A stretch of DNA of 64,000 nucleotides from Dehalococcoidales bacterium (GCA_016783245.1 JADHWY010000001.1:38007-102006), one strand, 5' to 3'; counted from the first letter of the stretch, positions 8,711 to 18,906 are shown. Notes: generated from the letters alone by a model not told the origin. Made by a program: numbers and translations.

Positions 8711-9256
8711 TTGAAGGAGGTAGATAAGAATATAATTAAGAAGCTGCGTGTAAATAGGGAGATCAGAGCCAGAGAGGTTCGCCTCGTGGGGGAGAAAGGG
8801 GAGCAGTTAGGCATTATGCCCATAGACCAGGCACGGGAAACGGCGAGGAGGCAGAACCTCGACCTTGTTGAGGTGGCAGCAACCGCAACACCTCCTGTGT
8901 GTCGCCTGCTTGATTACGGAAAATACAAGTATGAGCAGGCTAAGAAAGAACGTCAGGCCAGGAAGAGCCAGAAGATTTCGCTTTTGAAGGAAGTGCGGAT
9001 ACGACCAAAGATTGGCAGCCATGATTTTGATGCTAAAACGAGGAAAGCAAAGAAATTCCTGGAGGGTGGGGATAAGGTTAAGGTAAGTGTGCTGTTTAGA
9101 GGGCGTGAAATCACTCACCCTGATATCGGCTTGAGGTTGTTAAAGAAGATGGCGGGATCGGTACAAGAAGTGGCTTCCTTGGAGAGACAGCCATTAATGG
9201 ATGGCAGGAGAATGATTATGATTTTAGCACCAGCAGCCACCAGAAAAACTAAATAA
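8711..9256 (+). CDS. infC: translation initiation factor IF-3
   Basis: INREIRAREVRLVG..., YGKYKYEQ, VRIRPKI motifs. The track start TTG 8711 contains the SD GAAGGAGG (8713-8720). The true start is probably ATA 8732 or ATT 8735 (see finding). Confidence 0.93.
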   Translation: MKEVDKNIIKKLRVNREIRAREVRLVGEKGEQLGIMPIDQARETARRQNLDLVEVAATATPPVCRLLDYGKYKYEQAKKERQARKSQKISLLKEVRIRPKIGSHDFDAKTRKAKKFLEGGDKVKVSVLFRGREITHPDIGLRLLKKMAGSVQEVASLERQPLMDGRRMIMILAPAATRKTK

Positions 9257-9278
9257 GGGAAGGACAAGGGAAGCAAGG

Positions 9279-9482
9279 ATGCCAAAAATCAAAACTCATA
9301 AAGGCGCGAAGGGCCGCTTCCATATTACTGGCAGCGGCAAACTTATGCGGACTAAGGGCGGGAAAAGTCATTTGCGCCGCCGCAAAGCAAAACGAACCAA
9401 GCGCCTTTATGGTGAAACAATACCGGTAAGCCCTAGTGATAGGGCTCGGATAAAGAGACTTTTACCGTATGGAATCAGATAG
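9279..9482 (+). CDS. rpmI: 50S ribosomal protein L35
   Basis: MPKIKTHKGAKGRF... typical L35. Lies between infC and rplT. Confidence 0.95.
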   Translation: MPKIKTHKGAKGRFHITGSGKLMRTKGGKSHLRRRKAKRTKRLYGETIPVSPSDRARIKRLLPYGIR

Positions 9483-9491
9483 GAGGACATT

Positions 9492-9845
9492 TTGCCTAGA
9501 GTAAAGAGAGGGGTAACTGCTCATCGGCGACATAAGAAGGTGCTGTCCCTGACCAAAGGACATAGGGCAACCAAGCACTCCATTTATCGTCGGGCTCATG
9601 AGTCTATGCTGAAGTCGTTGAGCTATGCCTATTTCCACCGCCGTGAGCGAAAAGGTGATATGAGGCGTCTCTGGATTTCACGGGTCAATGCTGCCAGTCG
9701 AGCCCAGGGGCTTGGCTATAGTCAGTTTATCGAAGGATTAAGGAAGTCTGGGGTTGAAATCAACCGCAAGATGCTGGCCGATATGGCAGTTAGAGAGCCT
9801 GAATCTTTTGCCCATCTGGTAACCTTAGCTAAAGGCAAAGTCTAG
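9492..9845 (+). CDS. rplT: 50S ribosomal protein L20
   Basis: (M)PRVKRGVTAHRRHKK... typical L20. TTG start after SD AGGAGG. Confidence 0.95.
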   Translation: MPRVKRGVTAHRRHKKVLSLTKGHRATKHSIYRRAHESMLKSLSYAYFHRRERKGDMRRLWISRVNAASRAQGLGYSQFIEGLRKSGVEINRKMLADMAVREPESFAHLVTLAKGKV

Positions 9846-9863
9846 GACTGATAAAGGCAAAAG

Positions 9864-10904
9864 ATGCTGCAAAAACTGAAAGCATTAAAAGCGAATGCCA
9901 TCCAGGAGCTGGAAAGCATTGATATCGCCAAGGAGCTGGAGTCTTGGCGAATTCGCTATCTGGGCAAGAAAAGCGAGCTGACCCAGATTCTGCGCAGTTT
10001 GGCATCATTACCCATTGAGGAGAAGAGGGCGGTTGGCGCCTGTGCCAACGAGGTCAGGGCCGAGCTAGAGGATAACCTGCGACAGAAAGAGCAAGCCCTG
10101 CAAAAGGCGCAACTGGCGCTATCAGCGCAGAAAGAGAGCGTTGATATTACCTTGCCTGGCCGTTCCTTCCCCAGGGGTCATTTACATCCCATTACGCAAA
10201 CGCTCTATGAAATATGTGACATATTTGGCTCTATGGGCTTTCGGGTAATGGAAGGCCCGGAGGTAGAGTGGGATTATTATAACTTTGAGGCACTGAACAT
10301 CCCTGAGGAACATCCCGCCCGTGATGTCATGTCTACATCCTGGATTGATTATGAGACTGACAGTGGGCAGAGACCGATGTTGCTGCGCACCCACACTACT
10401 TCAGTAACCGCCAGGACTATTGAGACCATGAGTCCTCCAATAAGGGTAGTTGAGCCGGGAAGGGTCTATCGCTATGAGGCTAGTGATGCTACCCACACCC
10501 CTATGTTCCATCAGATTGATGGGCTGGTGGTGGATAAGGGCATTACTATGGGCGACTTGAAGGGGACGCTCTATGAGTTTGCCCGCCGTTTCTTTGGAGA
10601 GGAGAGAAAGGTACGTTTCCGTTGCGACTATTTCCCCTTTGTTGAGCCTGGTGCCGAGATGGCTATAGAATGCCTGAACTGCGGCGGCGAGGGATGCCGC
10701 TTGTGCGGCAACAGCGGCTGGATTGAGATATTAGGTGCTGGAATGACCCATCCCGAGGTGCTGCGGCGTGGTGGTATAGACCCCGAGGTTTATACCAGCT
10801 TTGCCTTCGGTATGGGTATCGACCGTCTGCCTATGCTTCGCCACAACATCGACGACATCAGGCTATTTTATGGTAGCGACCTTAGATTTTTAAAGCAGTT
10901 CTGA
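9864..10904 (+). CDS. pheS: phenylalanine--tRNA ligase alpha subunit
   Basis: [40 protein letters not shown] motifs. Confidence 0.95.
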   Translation: MLQKLKALKANAIQELESIDIAKELESWRIRYLGKKSELTQILRSLASLPIEEKRAVGACANEVRAELEDNLRQKEQALQKAQLALSAQKESVDITLPGRSFPRGHLHPITQTLYEICDIFGSMGFRVMEGPEVEWDYYNFEALNIPEEHPARDVMSTSWIDYETDSGQRPMLLRTHTTSVTARTIETMSPPIRVVEPGRVYRYEASDATHTPMFHQIDGLVVDKGITMGDLKGTLYEFARRFFGEERKVRFRCDYFPFVEPGAEMAIECLNCGGEGCRLCGNSGWIEILGAGMTHPEVLRRGGIDPEVYTSFAFGMGIDRLPMLRHNIDDIRLFYGSDLRFLKQF

Positions 10905-10907
10905 GAG

Positions 10908-13307
10908 ATGAAGATTCCACTAAGCTGGCTTCAAGAGTATGTAGATATTGCTCTGCCCTCAGCTGACTTAGCCGACAGGCTGACAATGGCTGGCACTGAG
11001 GTCAAGGGCATACAGGTTATTGGCGATGGCTGGGAGAACATCGTCATCGGCCAGATTGTTGCCATCAATCCACACCCCAATGCCGACCGCCTGAGATTAG
11101 CCACCATAGACCTGGGTACAGAGCAGCATACCGTTGTCTGTGGAGCACCGAACCTTAACCTTGGTGATAGGGTGGCTTTCGCCTATGTTGGTGCCCAACT
11201 TATCGATGGGCATAGTGGGGAGGTGTTTCGCCTCAAACCTGCTAAGATTCGGGGCGTGGTCTCCAAGGGCATGGCATGCTCGGAAAAAGAGCTGGGCATC
11301 TCTGACAGCCACGAGGGGATTATGGTCTTGCCCGCCGAAGCGCCCATTGGAACTCCGCTTGCCGAGTATCTGGGCGATACTATCCTTGATGCGGATATAA
11401 CTCCTAACCGCCCTGATTGTCTCTGTATACTTGGCATCGCCAGGGAAGCTGCTGCTCTAACGAGGCAGAGTCTGCCTCTTCCTGAGGTGAAGTATGAACA
11501 GGCGGGCCCACCTATAGACCAGCAGGTGTCGGTGGAGATTGCTGCTCCTGACCTGTGCCCCAGATACTGCGCCAGCCTCATCACCGGGATAAAGGTGACT
11601 GAGTCCCCCCTATGGATGCAACAACGATTGCTGAAGTGCGGTATGCGGCCGATAAATAACATTGTGGATATCACCAACTATGTCATGCTGGAGTACGGTC
11701 AGCCCCTGCACGCCTTTGACTATCAAAAAATTAAGGGTGGAAAGATTATCGTGCGCCGACCCGCCAGCGGTGAGACCATCACCACTCTGGACGGGGAGGA
11801 GCGGCGCCTTTCTCAGGATATGCTGGTTATTGCCGATAAAGAAGGACCGGTGGCTATCGCCGGTGTTATGGGCGGTGCCGCTAGCGAGGTTGCCTCGGAG
11901 ACGACATCAATATTGCTGGAGGCAGCCAATTTCAACCCTGCCAATATTCACTATACCGGCAGGGTATTGGGTATGCCCAGCGAAGCCTGTATGCGATTCG
12001 AGCGAGGCATTCACCCCGAGCTTGTTATGCCGGCAATCGAACGGGCTACCCAGCTGATTGTCCAGTTAGCCGGTGGCGAGGCAGCCAGGGGCTTAGTTGA
12101 TGTTTACCCTGGCAAAGCAGAGCCTGAGCCTATTACTCTGACAACTGACCAGGTAAAGCGTCTTCTGGGTGTTGATTTCAGCCTTGACCAGATAGTGGGG
12201 GCACTGACCTCCCTGGGTTTTGACTGTCAGGAAGGAGCTTCGGAGGTTAGAGCTATCGCACCCTACTGGCGAAGCGATATTCATGTGGCGGTTGACCTTA
12301 TCGAAGAGGTGGCTCGTATTATGGGCTATGATAACATCCCCACCACTATGCTGAGCCAGCCCATACCGAGACAAACCCCTGACCCTATTCTCAGCCTTAA
12401 GCAGGGGGTTAGAGATAGCATTGCTGGTTACGGCTTTCAGGAGGTACTTACATATTCGCTGACCAGTCTGGAAATGCTGAATAAGCTGTTGCCCGAATCC
12501 GGCTCTGTTGAACCTCTGCCGCTTCGTGTCGCCAATCCTATGACTCTGGAGCAGGAGTACCTTCGTCCTGACCTGCGAGCTAATCTGTTAGCTGCCCTCT
12601 CAGCCAACATGAGATATGAGGAGGACAGCATCAAGCTTTTTGAGCTGGGTAAGGTATATCTGCCCAAGGAGAAGGATTTGCCCGATGAGCCTGAAATGAT
12701 GTGCGGCGTAGCAAGCGGCTCCAGATGGGGAAGGTCATGGCACGGCGGAGATGATGCGTTTGATTTCTATGATGCTAAAGGGGCGGTTGAAGGCTTACTC
12801 AGTCAGCTGAATATAGAAGCCAGCTTTGTAGAGGGCAAAGACCAGAGTTTGCATCCGCTCAGGCAGGCGGCAATAGTTGCTGGGAGCAACCAACTGGGCG
12901 TTGTCGGTGAGCTGCACCCTAAGGTATCGCTGGCTTTTGAAATTCCTGAAGCGGTCTACCTTTTTGAAATCAACCTGTCAGCGTTGCTGCCTTTCACCCT
13001 GGGTCACAGAATATTCCAGCCGGTATCACCATTTCCCACCATGGTCAGGGATATCGCCCTGGTAGTTGATGTTGGGGTAACTCATCAGCAGGCAACGGAT
13101 ATCATCAGGGGCTTTCCCCTGGTGAAACAGGTCGCTATATTTGATGTCTATTCCGGCGGGCAGGTTGCGTCAGGGAAGAAGTCCCTGGCCTACAGCATCA
13201 CCTTCCAATCCTCCACTCATACCCTGACCGATGAAGAGGTTAACAAGGTTCAGCAGAAAATTCTAGATGAGCTATCTCGCGAGCTTGGCGCCGACCTGCG
13301 TGCTTGA
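10908..13307 (+). CDS. pheT: phenylalanine--tRNA ligase beta subunit
   Basis: MKIPLSWLQEYV start, tRNA-binding domain (HPNADRL), B3/4, B5 and FDX-ACB domains. Lies 3 nt after pheS. Confidence 0.95.
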   Translation: MKIPLSWLQEYVDIALPSADLADRLTMAGTEVKGIQVIGDGWENIVIGQIVAINPHPNADRLRLATIDLGTEQHTVVCGAPNLNLGDRVAFAYVGAQLIDGHSGEVFRLKPAKIRGVVSKGMACSEKELGISDSHEGIMVLPAEAPIGTPLAEYLGDTILDADITPNRPDCLCILGIAREAAALTRQSLPLPEVKYEQAGPPIDQQVSVEIAAPDLCPRYCASLITGIKVTESPLWMQQRLLKCGMRPINNIVDITNYVMLEYGQPLHAFDYQKIKGGKIIVRRPASGETITTLDGEERRLSQDMLVIADKEGPVAIAGVMGGAASEVASETTSILLEAANFNPANIHYTGRVLGMPSEACMRFERGIHPELVMPAIERATQLIVQLAGGEAARGLVDVYPGKAEPEPITLTTDQVKRLLGVDFSLDQIVGALTSLGFDCQEGASEVRAIAPYWRSDIHVAVDLIEEVARIMGYDNIPTTMLSQPIPRQTPDPILSLKQGVRDSIAGYGFQEVLTYSLTSLEMLNKLLPESGSVEPLPLRVANPMTLEQEYLRPDLRANLLAALSANMRYEEDSIKLFELGKVYLPKEKDLPDEPEMMCGVASGSRWGRSWHGGDDAFDFYDAKGAVEGLLSQLNIEASFVEGKDQSLHPLRQAAIVAGSNQLGVVGELHPKVSLAFEIPEAVYLFEINLSALLPFTLGHRIFQPVSPFPTMVRDIALVVDVGVTHQQATDIIRGFPLVKQVAIFDVYSGGQVASGKKSLAYSITFQSSTHTLTDEEVNKVQQKILDELSRELGADLRA

Positions 13308-14996
13308 TACCAATCCCGCAAGCCTGTCTGCTATTCCCTCTAAAGGCACCAGCTGGGATTTTTTCTCGGAGCGTTTCTTTATCTCTGCGCTGTTCTTCTC
13401 CAAGGTGCGAGGGCTGATGGTAACCCTGATAGGTATCCCCAGAAGGTCGGCGTCGTTGAACTTCACCCCCGGCGACTCCCGCCGGTCGTCGTAGAGAACC
13501 TCTAGACCTTTTGATTCCAGCTTGGCATAGAGATTCTCGGCGGCGGCGGCTACCTCGGGGTTTTCCATGTACAAGGAGCAGAGATAGATGTGGTAGGGGG
13601 CAATGGACATCGGCCAGATAATGCCCTTATCGTCGTGATTTTGCTCTATGGCAGCAGCCAGTAGTCTGCCCAGACCGATGCCGTAGCATCCCATGACTAT
13701 CGGTCGAGATACGCCGTCGGCGTCGGTGAAGAACGCCCCTAATTTCTTGCTGAGAAAGGTGCCCAGCTTGAAGATATGTCCTACCTCAATGCCATGACTG
13801 GATGTTAGTATGCCGCCACACTTGGGGCACCCTTCTCCCGCCTTAGCCTGGGCTATATCCGCCATAATATCGGCTTCGAAGTCCCTGGGGTAATTGACAT
13901 TTTTAATATGGGTATCAGGTTTATTCCCCCCGGCAACATAGTTTGCTCCTGAGGTTATAGATTCATCGGCAATGACCTGAATACCTGTAATGCCTACTGG
14001 GGAGGCTGAGCCAGCGATTAGCCCGGCTTCTTCCGGCTCATCCTCTCTGGCAAGGCGGAGCTCGACGCATCGTAGAATGTTTTTCAGCTTTACCTCATTT
14101 ACCTCAATGTCTCCTCTGATAACGGCAATGATTAGCTTCCCATCAACAGCGTAGAATACTGCTTTGAGGGTGCGGGATTGAGGTATGTTGAGGAAATTTG
14201 CTAACTCCTTGATAGTATCGACACCGGGTGTGGCAACTTCTTCTATGGGCAGTGGCTTCTCTTCAGCTAATTTTTCTTTAACGCTCTGGGCCCTGTCCGT
14301 ATTAGCTGAGTAGCCGCAATCGGGGCAGTGGACCGTCTCATCCTCGCCGGTTTCGGTAAAAATCATAAACTCGTGGGAGTCCTTGCCCCCGATAGCACCG
14401 CTATCAGCTTCAACCAGAATAGAGACTAAACCACAGCGGTTATAGATGTTCTCATATGCCTGGAGCATTTTGTTGTAGCTCTGGCTCAGTCCCTCCTCAT
14501 CGCTATCGAAGCTATAGAGGTCTTTCATGCTGAATTCGCGAACCCGGAGCAATCCCCCCCTGGGACGGGGCTCGTCACGGAACTTGGTCTGAATTTGATA
14601 TAACAGGATGGGCAGGTCACGGTAGCTATCAACATAGCGATTGACCAGCCCGGTAATAACCTCTTCATGGGTTGGTCCCAGAGCTAATTGACGCTCTTTG
14701 CGGTCAATGAGGGTAAACAGGCTTTTGCCGAAAGCCCGGTCTCGCCCTGTCTCCTGCCACAACTCTATGGGCTGGAGAACAGGGAGCATTAGCTCCTGCC
14801 CGCCGGCTTTATCCATCTCATCCCGGATGATGTTCTCTATCTTCTTCAGCACTCTCCAGGCTAGAGGCAAATAGGAATACACTCCAGCGGCTACCTGATA
14901 TATCATCCCTGCTTTCAGTAGCAGCTGGTGACTAACTGTTTCTGCCTCCGCTGGCACCTCGCGTTGTGTCTTACCAAATAGCTTTGATATGCGCAA
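13272..14996 (-). CDS. proS: proline--tRNA ligase (bacterial type with INS editing domain)
   Basis: MRISKLFGKT..., FRDEPRPRGGLLRVREF, GCYGIG motifs. The 3' end overlaps pheT by 36 nt (convergent). Confidence 0.95.
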   Translation of the reverse strand: MRISKLFGKTQREVPAEAETVSHQLLLKAGMIYQVAAGVYSYLPLAWRVLKKIENIIRDEMDKAGGQELMLPVLQPIELWQETGRDRAFGKSLFTLIDRKERQLALGPTHEEVITGLVNRYVDSYRDLPILLYQIQTKFRDEPRPRGGLLRVREFSMKDLYSFDSDEEGLSQSYNKMLQAYENIYNRCGLVSILVEADSGAIGGKDSHEFMIFTETGEDETVHCPDCGYSANTDRAQSVKEKLAEEKPLPIEEVATPGVDTIKELANFLNIPQSRTLKAVFYAVDGKLIIAVIRGDIEVNEVKLKNILRCVELRLAREDEPEEAGLIAGSASPVGITGIQVIADESITSGANYVAGGNKPDTHIKNVNYPRDFEADIMADIAQAKAGEGCPKCGGILTSSHGIEVGHIFKLGTFLSKKLGAFFTDADGVSRPIVMGCYGIGLGRLLAAAIEQNHDDKGIIWPMSIAPYHIYLCSLYMENPEVAAAAENLYAKLESKGLEVLYDDRRESPGVKFNDADLLGIPIRVTISPRTLEKNSAEIKKRSEKKSQLVPLEGIADRLAGLVSSTQVGAKLAR

Positions 14997-15193
14997 TTTA
15001 CCGTTTGACCTATCTAATCATGTTTATTAGTCTAACAATCCTGATGGGTTTAGGCGAATTTCCTCTTGCCCATTGAGACAAATATGGTAGCTAGTATTCC
15101 GAGGGGTCCCCCCGTGACAATAGCCAGAAAAGCATCGCTAGCAATACCAATAATACCGGCAATTATAGTTAATATACCAGCTACCGCCCTCAA

Positions 15194-15556
15194 CTAAACC
15201 ATGGGAAATAGGAAGGGTATAAAAATGGACCAAGCTCCCAAAGCTATTATAGGCGATATGATAATGAGGAATATTATAAGGCCCCATATTGCCCATTTTC
15301 TTTGGGACGCTTTGTACTGCTCAATGCTGTCCCATTTCTCATGCTGCCATGCCCATTTATTCCCCTTAGCTCCTAAGATGAATGGCATAACAACACTAAC
15401 AAAAGGAATGAAGCTAAGAAAAGCAATATAGGTTTTGTTCCTTATTCCCCAAATCCAGGTTAGCCAAAAAGCACCCCAGTTCCATCCTCTAAGTTCTGGA
15501 GGCAAGATTGCGGACTGGCCCGTTCCAGACGTATTCTGACCTGCATCTTTTACCAT
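15194..15556 (-). CDS. membrane protein, DUF2628-like (WNWGAF motif)
   Basis: 120-aa ORF with GWNWGAFWLTWIWGIRNKTY and several hydrophobic segments. It ends in TAG, followed in-frame by 47 further hydrophobic codons (see finding). Confidence 0.55.
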   Translation of the reverse strand: MVKDAGQNTSGTGQSAILPPELRGWNWGAFWLTWIWGIRNKTYIAFLSFIPFVSVVMPFILGAKGNKWAWQHEKWDSIEQYKASQRKWAIWGLIIFLIIISPIIALGAWSIFIPFLFPMV

Positions 15557-15662
15557 TTGTTACCTCCTTATTTTTAATATAGATATGAGATGATAGCTGA
15601 CCACTATTTAATCATATTAGAGCGCTTTATTCTAGTGGTAGTAAATATTTCCTGCTTTGTGC

Positions 15663-16709
15663 CTAGAACCTCTCCACCTCTGCCATTAGTGCCGCTACAA
15701 AGTCCTTTTCCTCCACCACTCCAATCTTCCTGCCTTTTTTGAACAGGACGGCTTTGCCTTTGCCGCAGGCGATGCCTACATCAGCCTCTTTGGCTTCGCC
15801 CGGTCCGTTAACCACACAGCCCATCACCGCCACCCTTATCGGCTTCTTAACCTTCGATAGCTCTTCCTCTACCTCCTCGGCTAGCTTTACGATATCAACC
15901 TCAGCCCGACCACAGGAAGGACAACTCACTAGAACGGGGCCATGCTGACGCAGGTTCATGCTTTTCAGGATTTCATAGGCGGCGATTACCTCTTCCCTGG
16001 GGTGAGCCGTCAGGGAGACCCGTATAGTATCACCGATGCCCTGGTAGAGAAGGGTGCCGATGCCCACCGCACTGCGAATAATGCCCCCGCGCCGGGTGCC
16101 GGATTCGGTGATGCCGATGTGAAGAGGGTAGGGTATCTTCCTGGCGATGCTCTGGTAGGCTTCGATGGTGGTGGGGACATCAAAGGCTTTGAGTGAGACC
16201 TTGATGAGGTCGAAGTCGAGGCTCTCCAGTAGCCTTATCTGCCGCAGGGCGGCATCCACCATCTGCTCGGCGATGGTCAATTTGGGGTCAGCTGTCTTGG
16301 GCAGACTGCCGGCATTTACCCCGATACGAATGGGGACACCCCGTTCCCTGGCTGCTTGAGCTATGACGGAGACCTTTTTCGGCTCGCTGATGTTGCCTGG
16401 ATTTAGCCGCAATCCGTCGACGCCAGCCTCCAGCGCCATCAATGCCAGACGGTAATCAAAGTGGATATCAGCCACTATGGGCAGGGAAACGCCCTGTTTT
16501 ATGGCTTTTATCGCCTGGGCAGACTCAGCATCGGGCACAGCCACTCGAACTATCTGACAGCCGTAATCCTCCAGCTCTTTTATCTGGGCAATAGTTGACA
16601 TAATGTCTTTGGTATTTGTTTTAGTCATGGACTGCACCACAATGGGGGCATCACCGCCGATAGTTACACCGCCAATGTCGATAGCCTTGCTCACTCGTCT
16701 GGGGTTCAT
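15663..16709 (-). CDS. ispG: 4-hydroxy-3-methylbut-2-en-1-yl diphosphate synthase
   Basis: VQSMTKT, RVAVP, GITESG, CPSCGR...MGCVVNGPGE motifs. Confidence 0.95.
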   Translation of the reverse strand: MNPRRVSKAIDIGGVTIGGDAPIVVQSMTKTNTKDIMSTIAQIKELEDYGCQIVRVAVPDAESAQAIKAIKQGVSLPIVADIHFDYRLALMALEAGVDGLRLNPGNISEPKKVSVIAQAARERGVPIRIGVNAGSLPKTADPKLTIAEQMVDAALRQIRLLESLDFDLIKVSLKAFDVPTTIEAYQSIARKIPYPLHIGITESGTRRGGIIRSAVGIGTLLYQGIGDTIRVSLTAHPREEVIAAYEILKSMNLRQHGPVLVSCPSCGRAEVDIVKLAEEVEEELSKVKKPIRVAVMGCVVNGPGEAKEADVGIACGKGKAVLFKKGRKIGVVEEKDFVAALMAEVERF

Positions 16710-17770
16710 GGTATGGCACTGCCTCCGCTCATGATACGAATAATGTCCTGGTAGGTGATAACCATAATGGTTCCGATGAGGGCGATGAAGCCGATAAAGT
16801 GCACTCGCCCTTCTGTCTTCGGCGATACCCGCTTGCCGCGGCGAATCGCCTCCAGAAGGACAAACACAATTCTGCCTCCATCTAAGCCAGGAAGAGGGAA
16901 GATATTGATTAAAGCCAGGTTTATACTGAGAAAGGCGGCGAATTCCATCAGGGGACTAAATCCCGCCCTGGCCACCATTCCGGTGAGCTGGGCAATACCC
17001 ACCGGTCCTGTTACCTCCACTGGCACTGCCCCGATAATCATAGTCATTATTCCATTCTTGAACAGCATGAAGGTCTCGATACTGGCAGATGCCGCCAGCG
17101 GCACTGCCCTCAGGGGAGATTCCTGCACGGTAATGACGGTCGGATCGAGCATGTTGATGGTAATCCCAACAGGGCCTTGGCCTTCAGGAGGTTGCCACCT
17201 CGGTGTTACCAGAGCCTCCTCTGTGGTGGAATCGCTGTGCTGGACAAGCATGGTGATTTCACTCCCAAGATTAAGCTGAATATAACGGTGCAGGTCACTG
17301 ATATTGTGTATCGACTTCCCGTTGATGCTCAGGAGCGTGTCTCCGGGTTCAACGCCTGCTATGGCTGCCGGTGAATTGTGAGCTACATCCGTTATTATTA
17401 TCTGCCCCTCTACCACATTATGAGGAACCATGAAGGCAATGGAGAAGAGGAGTAAGGGCAGAATGATATTCATCAGTGAGCCGGCGCTGAGAACCAATAG
17501 TCTGGTACGGATGGGTTTGCCTGCCAGGCTTCGTGACGCCTCAGGGTCCTCTTCACCAGCCATTTTGGTGAACCCGCCCAGCGGTATGGCGTTTAGCGAG
17601 TATATTGTTTCTCCGTGTTTTACCGATAATAATCGCGGAGGAAAGCCGATGCCGAATTCCTTCACCAGTACCCCGGACGCTTTGGCGGTAATAAAGTGTC
17701 CCAGTTCGTGAGCAAGGATAAGCCCGGCGAGAACACCAATAAAGACTGCTATGGTAATTGGCATGGTCAT
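16706..17770 (-). CDS. rseP: RIP (site-2) zinc metalloprotease, M50 family with PDZ domain
   Basis: HELGHF zinc motif near the N-terminus, PDZ-like segment (GDTLLSINGK), C-terminal NLLPLPGLDGG-type motif (NIFPLPGLDGG). 4-nt overlaps with dxr and ispG. Confidence 0.9.
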   Translation of the reverse strand: MTMPITIAVFIGVLAGLILAHELGHFITAKASGVLVKEFGIGFPPRLLSVKHGETIYSLNAIPLGGFTKMAGEEDPEASRSLAGKPIRTRLLVLSAGSLMNIILPLLLFSIAFMVPHNVVEGQIIITDVAHNSPAAIAGVEPGDTLLSINGKSIHNISDLHRYIQLNLGSEITMLVQHSDSTTEEALVTPRWQPPEGQGPVGITINMLDPTVITVQESPLRAVPLAASASIETFMLFKNGIMTMIIGAVPVEVTGPVGIAQLTGMVARAGFSPLMEFAAFLSINLALINIFPLPGLDGGRIVFVLLEAIRRGKRVSPKTEGRVHFIGFIALIGTIMVITYQDIIRIMSGGSAIP

Positions 17771-18906
17771 GCTCCACCAACGAGCTGCAGAACCTTCTCT
17801 CTAGCCCAGCTATCAGCCGCTATAATCTCCTCCAGTGTGGGGTGGGGTGTCGACTGATGCTGTTCCAGTGCCTGCCCGACAATACGAGCAATATCAATAA
17901 ATTTGATTTTATTCGCCAGGAAAAGCTCCACAGCTACCTCGTCGGCAGCACAGAGTACTGCTGGATATGTTCCTCCCTGCCTCCCCGCCTCCACAGCCGA
18001 CCTGAGGCAGGGGAAGATAGCAAGGTCGGGTTGCCCAAAGGTCAGATTCTTGATGGTGCTCCAGTCGAGCCGAGCGAGCTGGGGATTAGGCAGACGTTCG
18101 GGATAGGACAGGGCATACTGAATGGGTAACCGCATATCGGGATAGCTCAACTGGGCCTTGATTGAGCCATCCACGAATTCTACCATGGAGTGCACAATAC
18201 TCTGGGGATGGATAAGCACCTCGATATTATCGAAAGGCATGTCAAATAGCCAATGGGCTTCAATGACCTCCAATCCTTTATTCATCAGGGTAGCGGAATC
18301 AATGGTGACCTTCTTTCCCATCTGCCACGAGGGATGCTTGAGAGCTTGCTCCACAGTAACCTCGCTTAGCTGGGCAGGCGAGTAATGGAGGAATGGCCCT
18401 CCCGATGCTGTGAGGAGCAGACGTGCTACTGGCTGCCTTTCACCGTTGAGGCACTGCCAGATAGCGCTGTGCTCGCTATCAATAGGGAATATCTGAGCCC
18501 TGTTTAGTCTGGCTTCGCTGGTGATAATCTCACCTGCCATAACCAGTGACTCCTTGTTGGCGAGGGCAATATTTTTGCCCGCCCTCGCCGCAGCCAGCGT
18601 GGGGCTTAGTCCCGAACCTCCTGAGGTAGCAATAACCACGATGTCCACCTCAGGATGGCAGGCAATGTCTTCCAGCGTGAGGAATTCATACTTGGTGCTG
18701 CTCAGACGAGTCAGTGCCTCCCCATCCTGAAAATACACAAATCTTGGCTTGAACTCGTTGATTTGTTTGCCGAACAGGTCAATATTCTTCCCCCCAGTCA
18801 GCCCCACCACCTGAAACTGGTGGGGTAGGGCACGTATTACCTCCAGTGTTTGCCGACCTATAGAGCCTGTAGAACCCAAAATCGCTATCTGCTTCATCAC
18901 GCTCAT
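17767..18906 (-). CDS. dxr: 1-deoxy-D-xylulose 5-phosphate reductoisomerase
   Basis: ILGSTGSIG, LANKESLV, PIDSEHSAI, HPSWQMG(K)K motifs. Confidence 0.95.
   Translation of the reverse strand: MSVMKQIAILGSTGSIGRQTLEVIRALPHQFQVVGLTGGKNIDLFGKQINEFKPRFVYFQDGEALTRLSSTKYEFLTLEDIACHPEVDIVVIATSGGSGLSPTLAAARAGKNIALANKESLVMAGEIITSEARLNRAQIFPIDSEHSAIWQCLNGERQPVARLLLTASGGPFLHYSPAQLSEVTVEQALKHPSWQMGKKVTIDSATLMNKGLEVIEAHWLFDMPFDNIEVLIHPQSIVHSMVEFVDGSIKAQLSYPDMRLPIQYALSYPERLPNPQLARLDWSTIKNLTFGQPDLAIFPCLRSAVEAGRQGGTYPAVLCAADEVAVELFLANKIKFIDIARIVGQALEQHQSTPHPTLEEIIAADSWAREKVLQLVGGA

Noticed and set aside
15194-15196. In-frame TAG read as pyrrolysine
   Set aside because: No pyl genes or methylamine methyltransferase context are visible, and the lineage is not known for Pyl decoding. 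A nonsense mutation, readthrough or coupled mini-ORF are simpler explanations.
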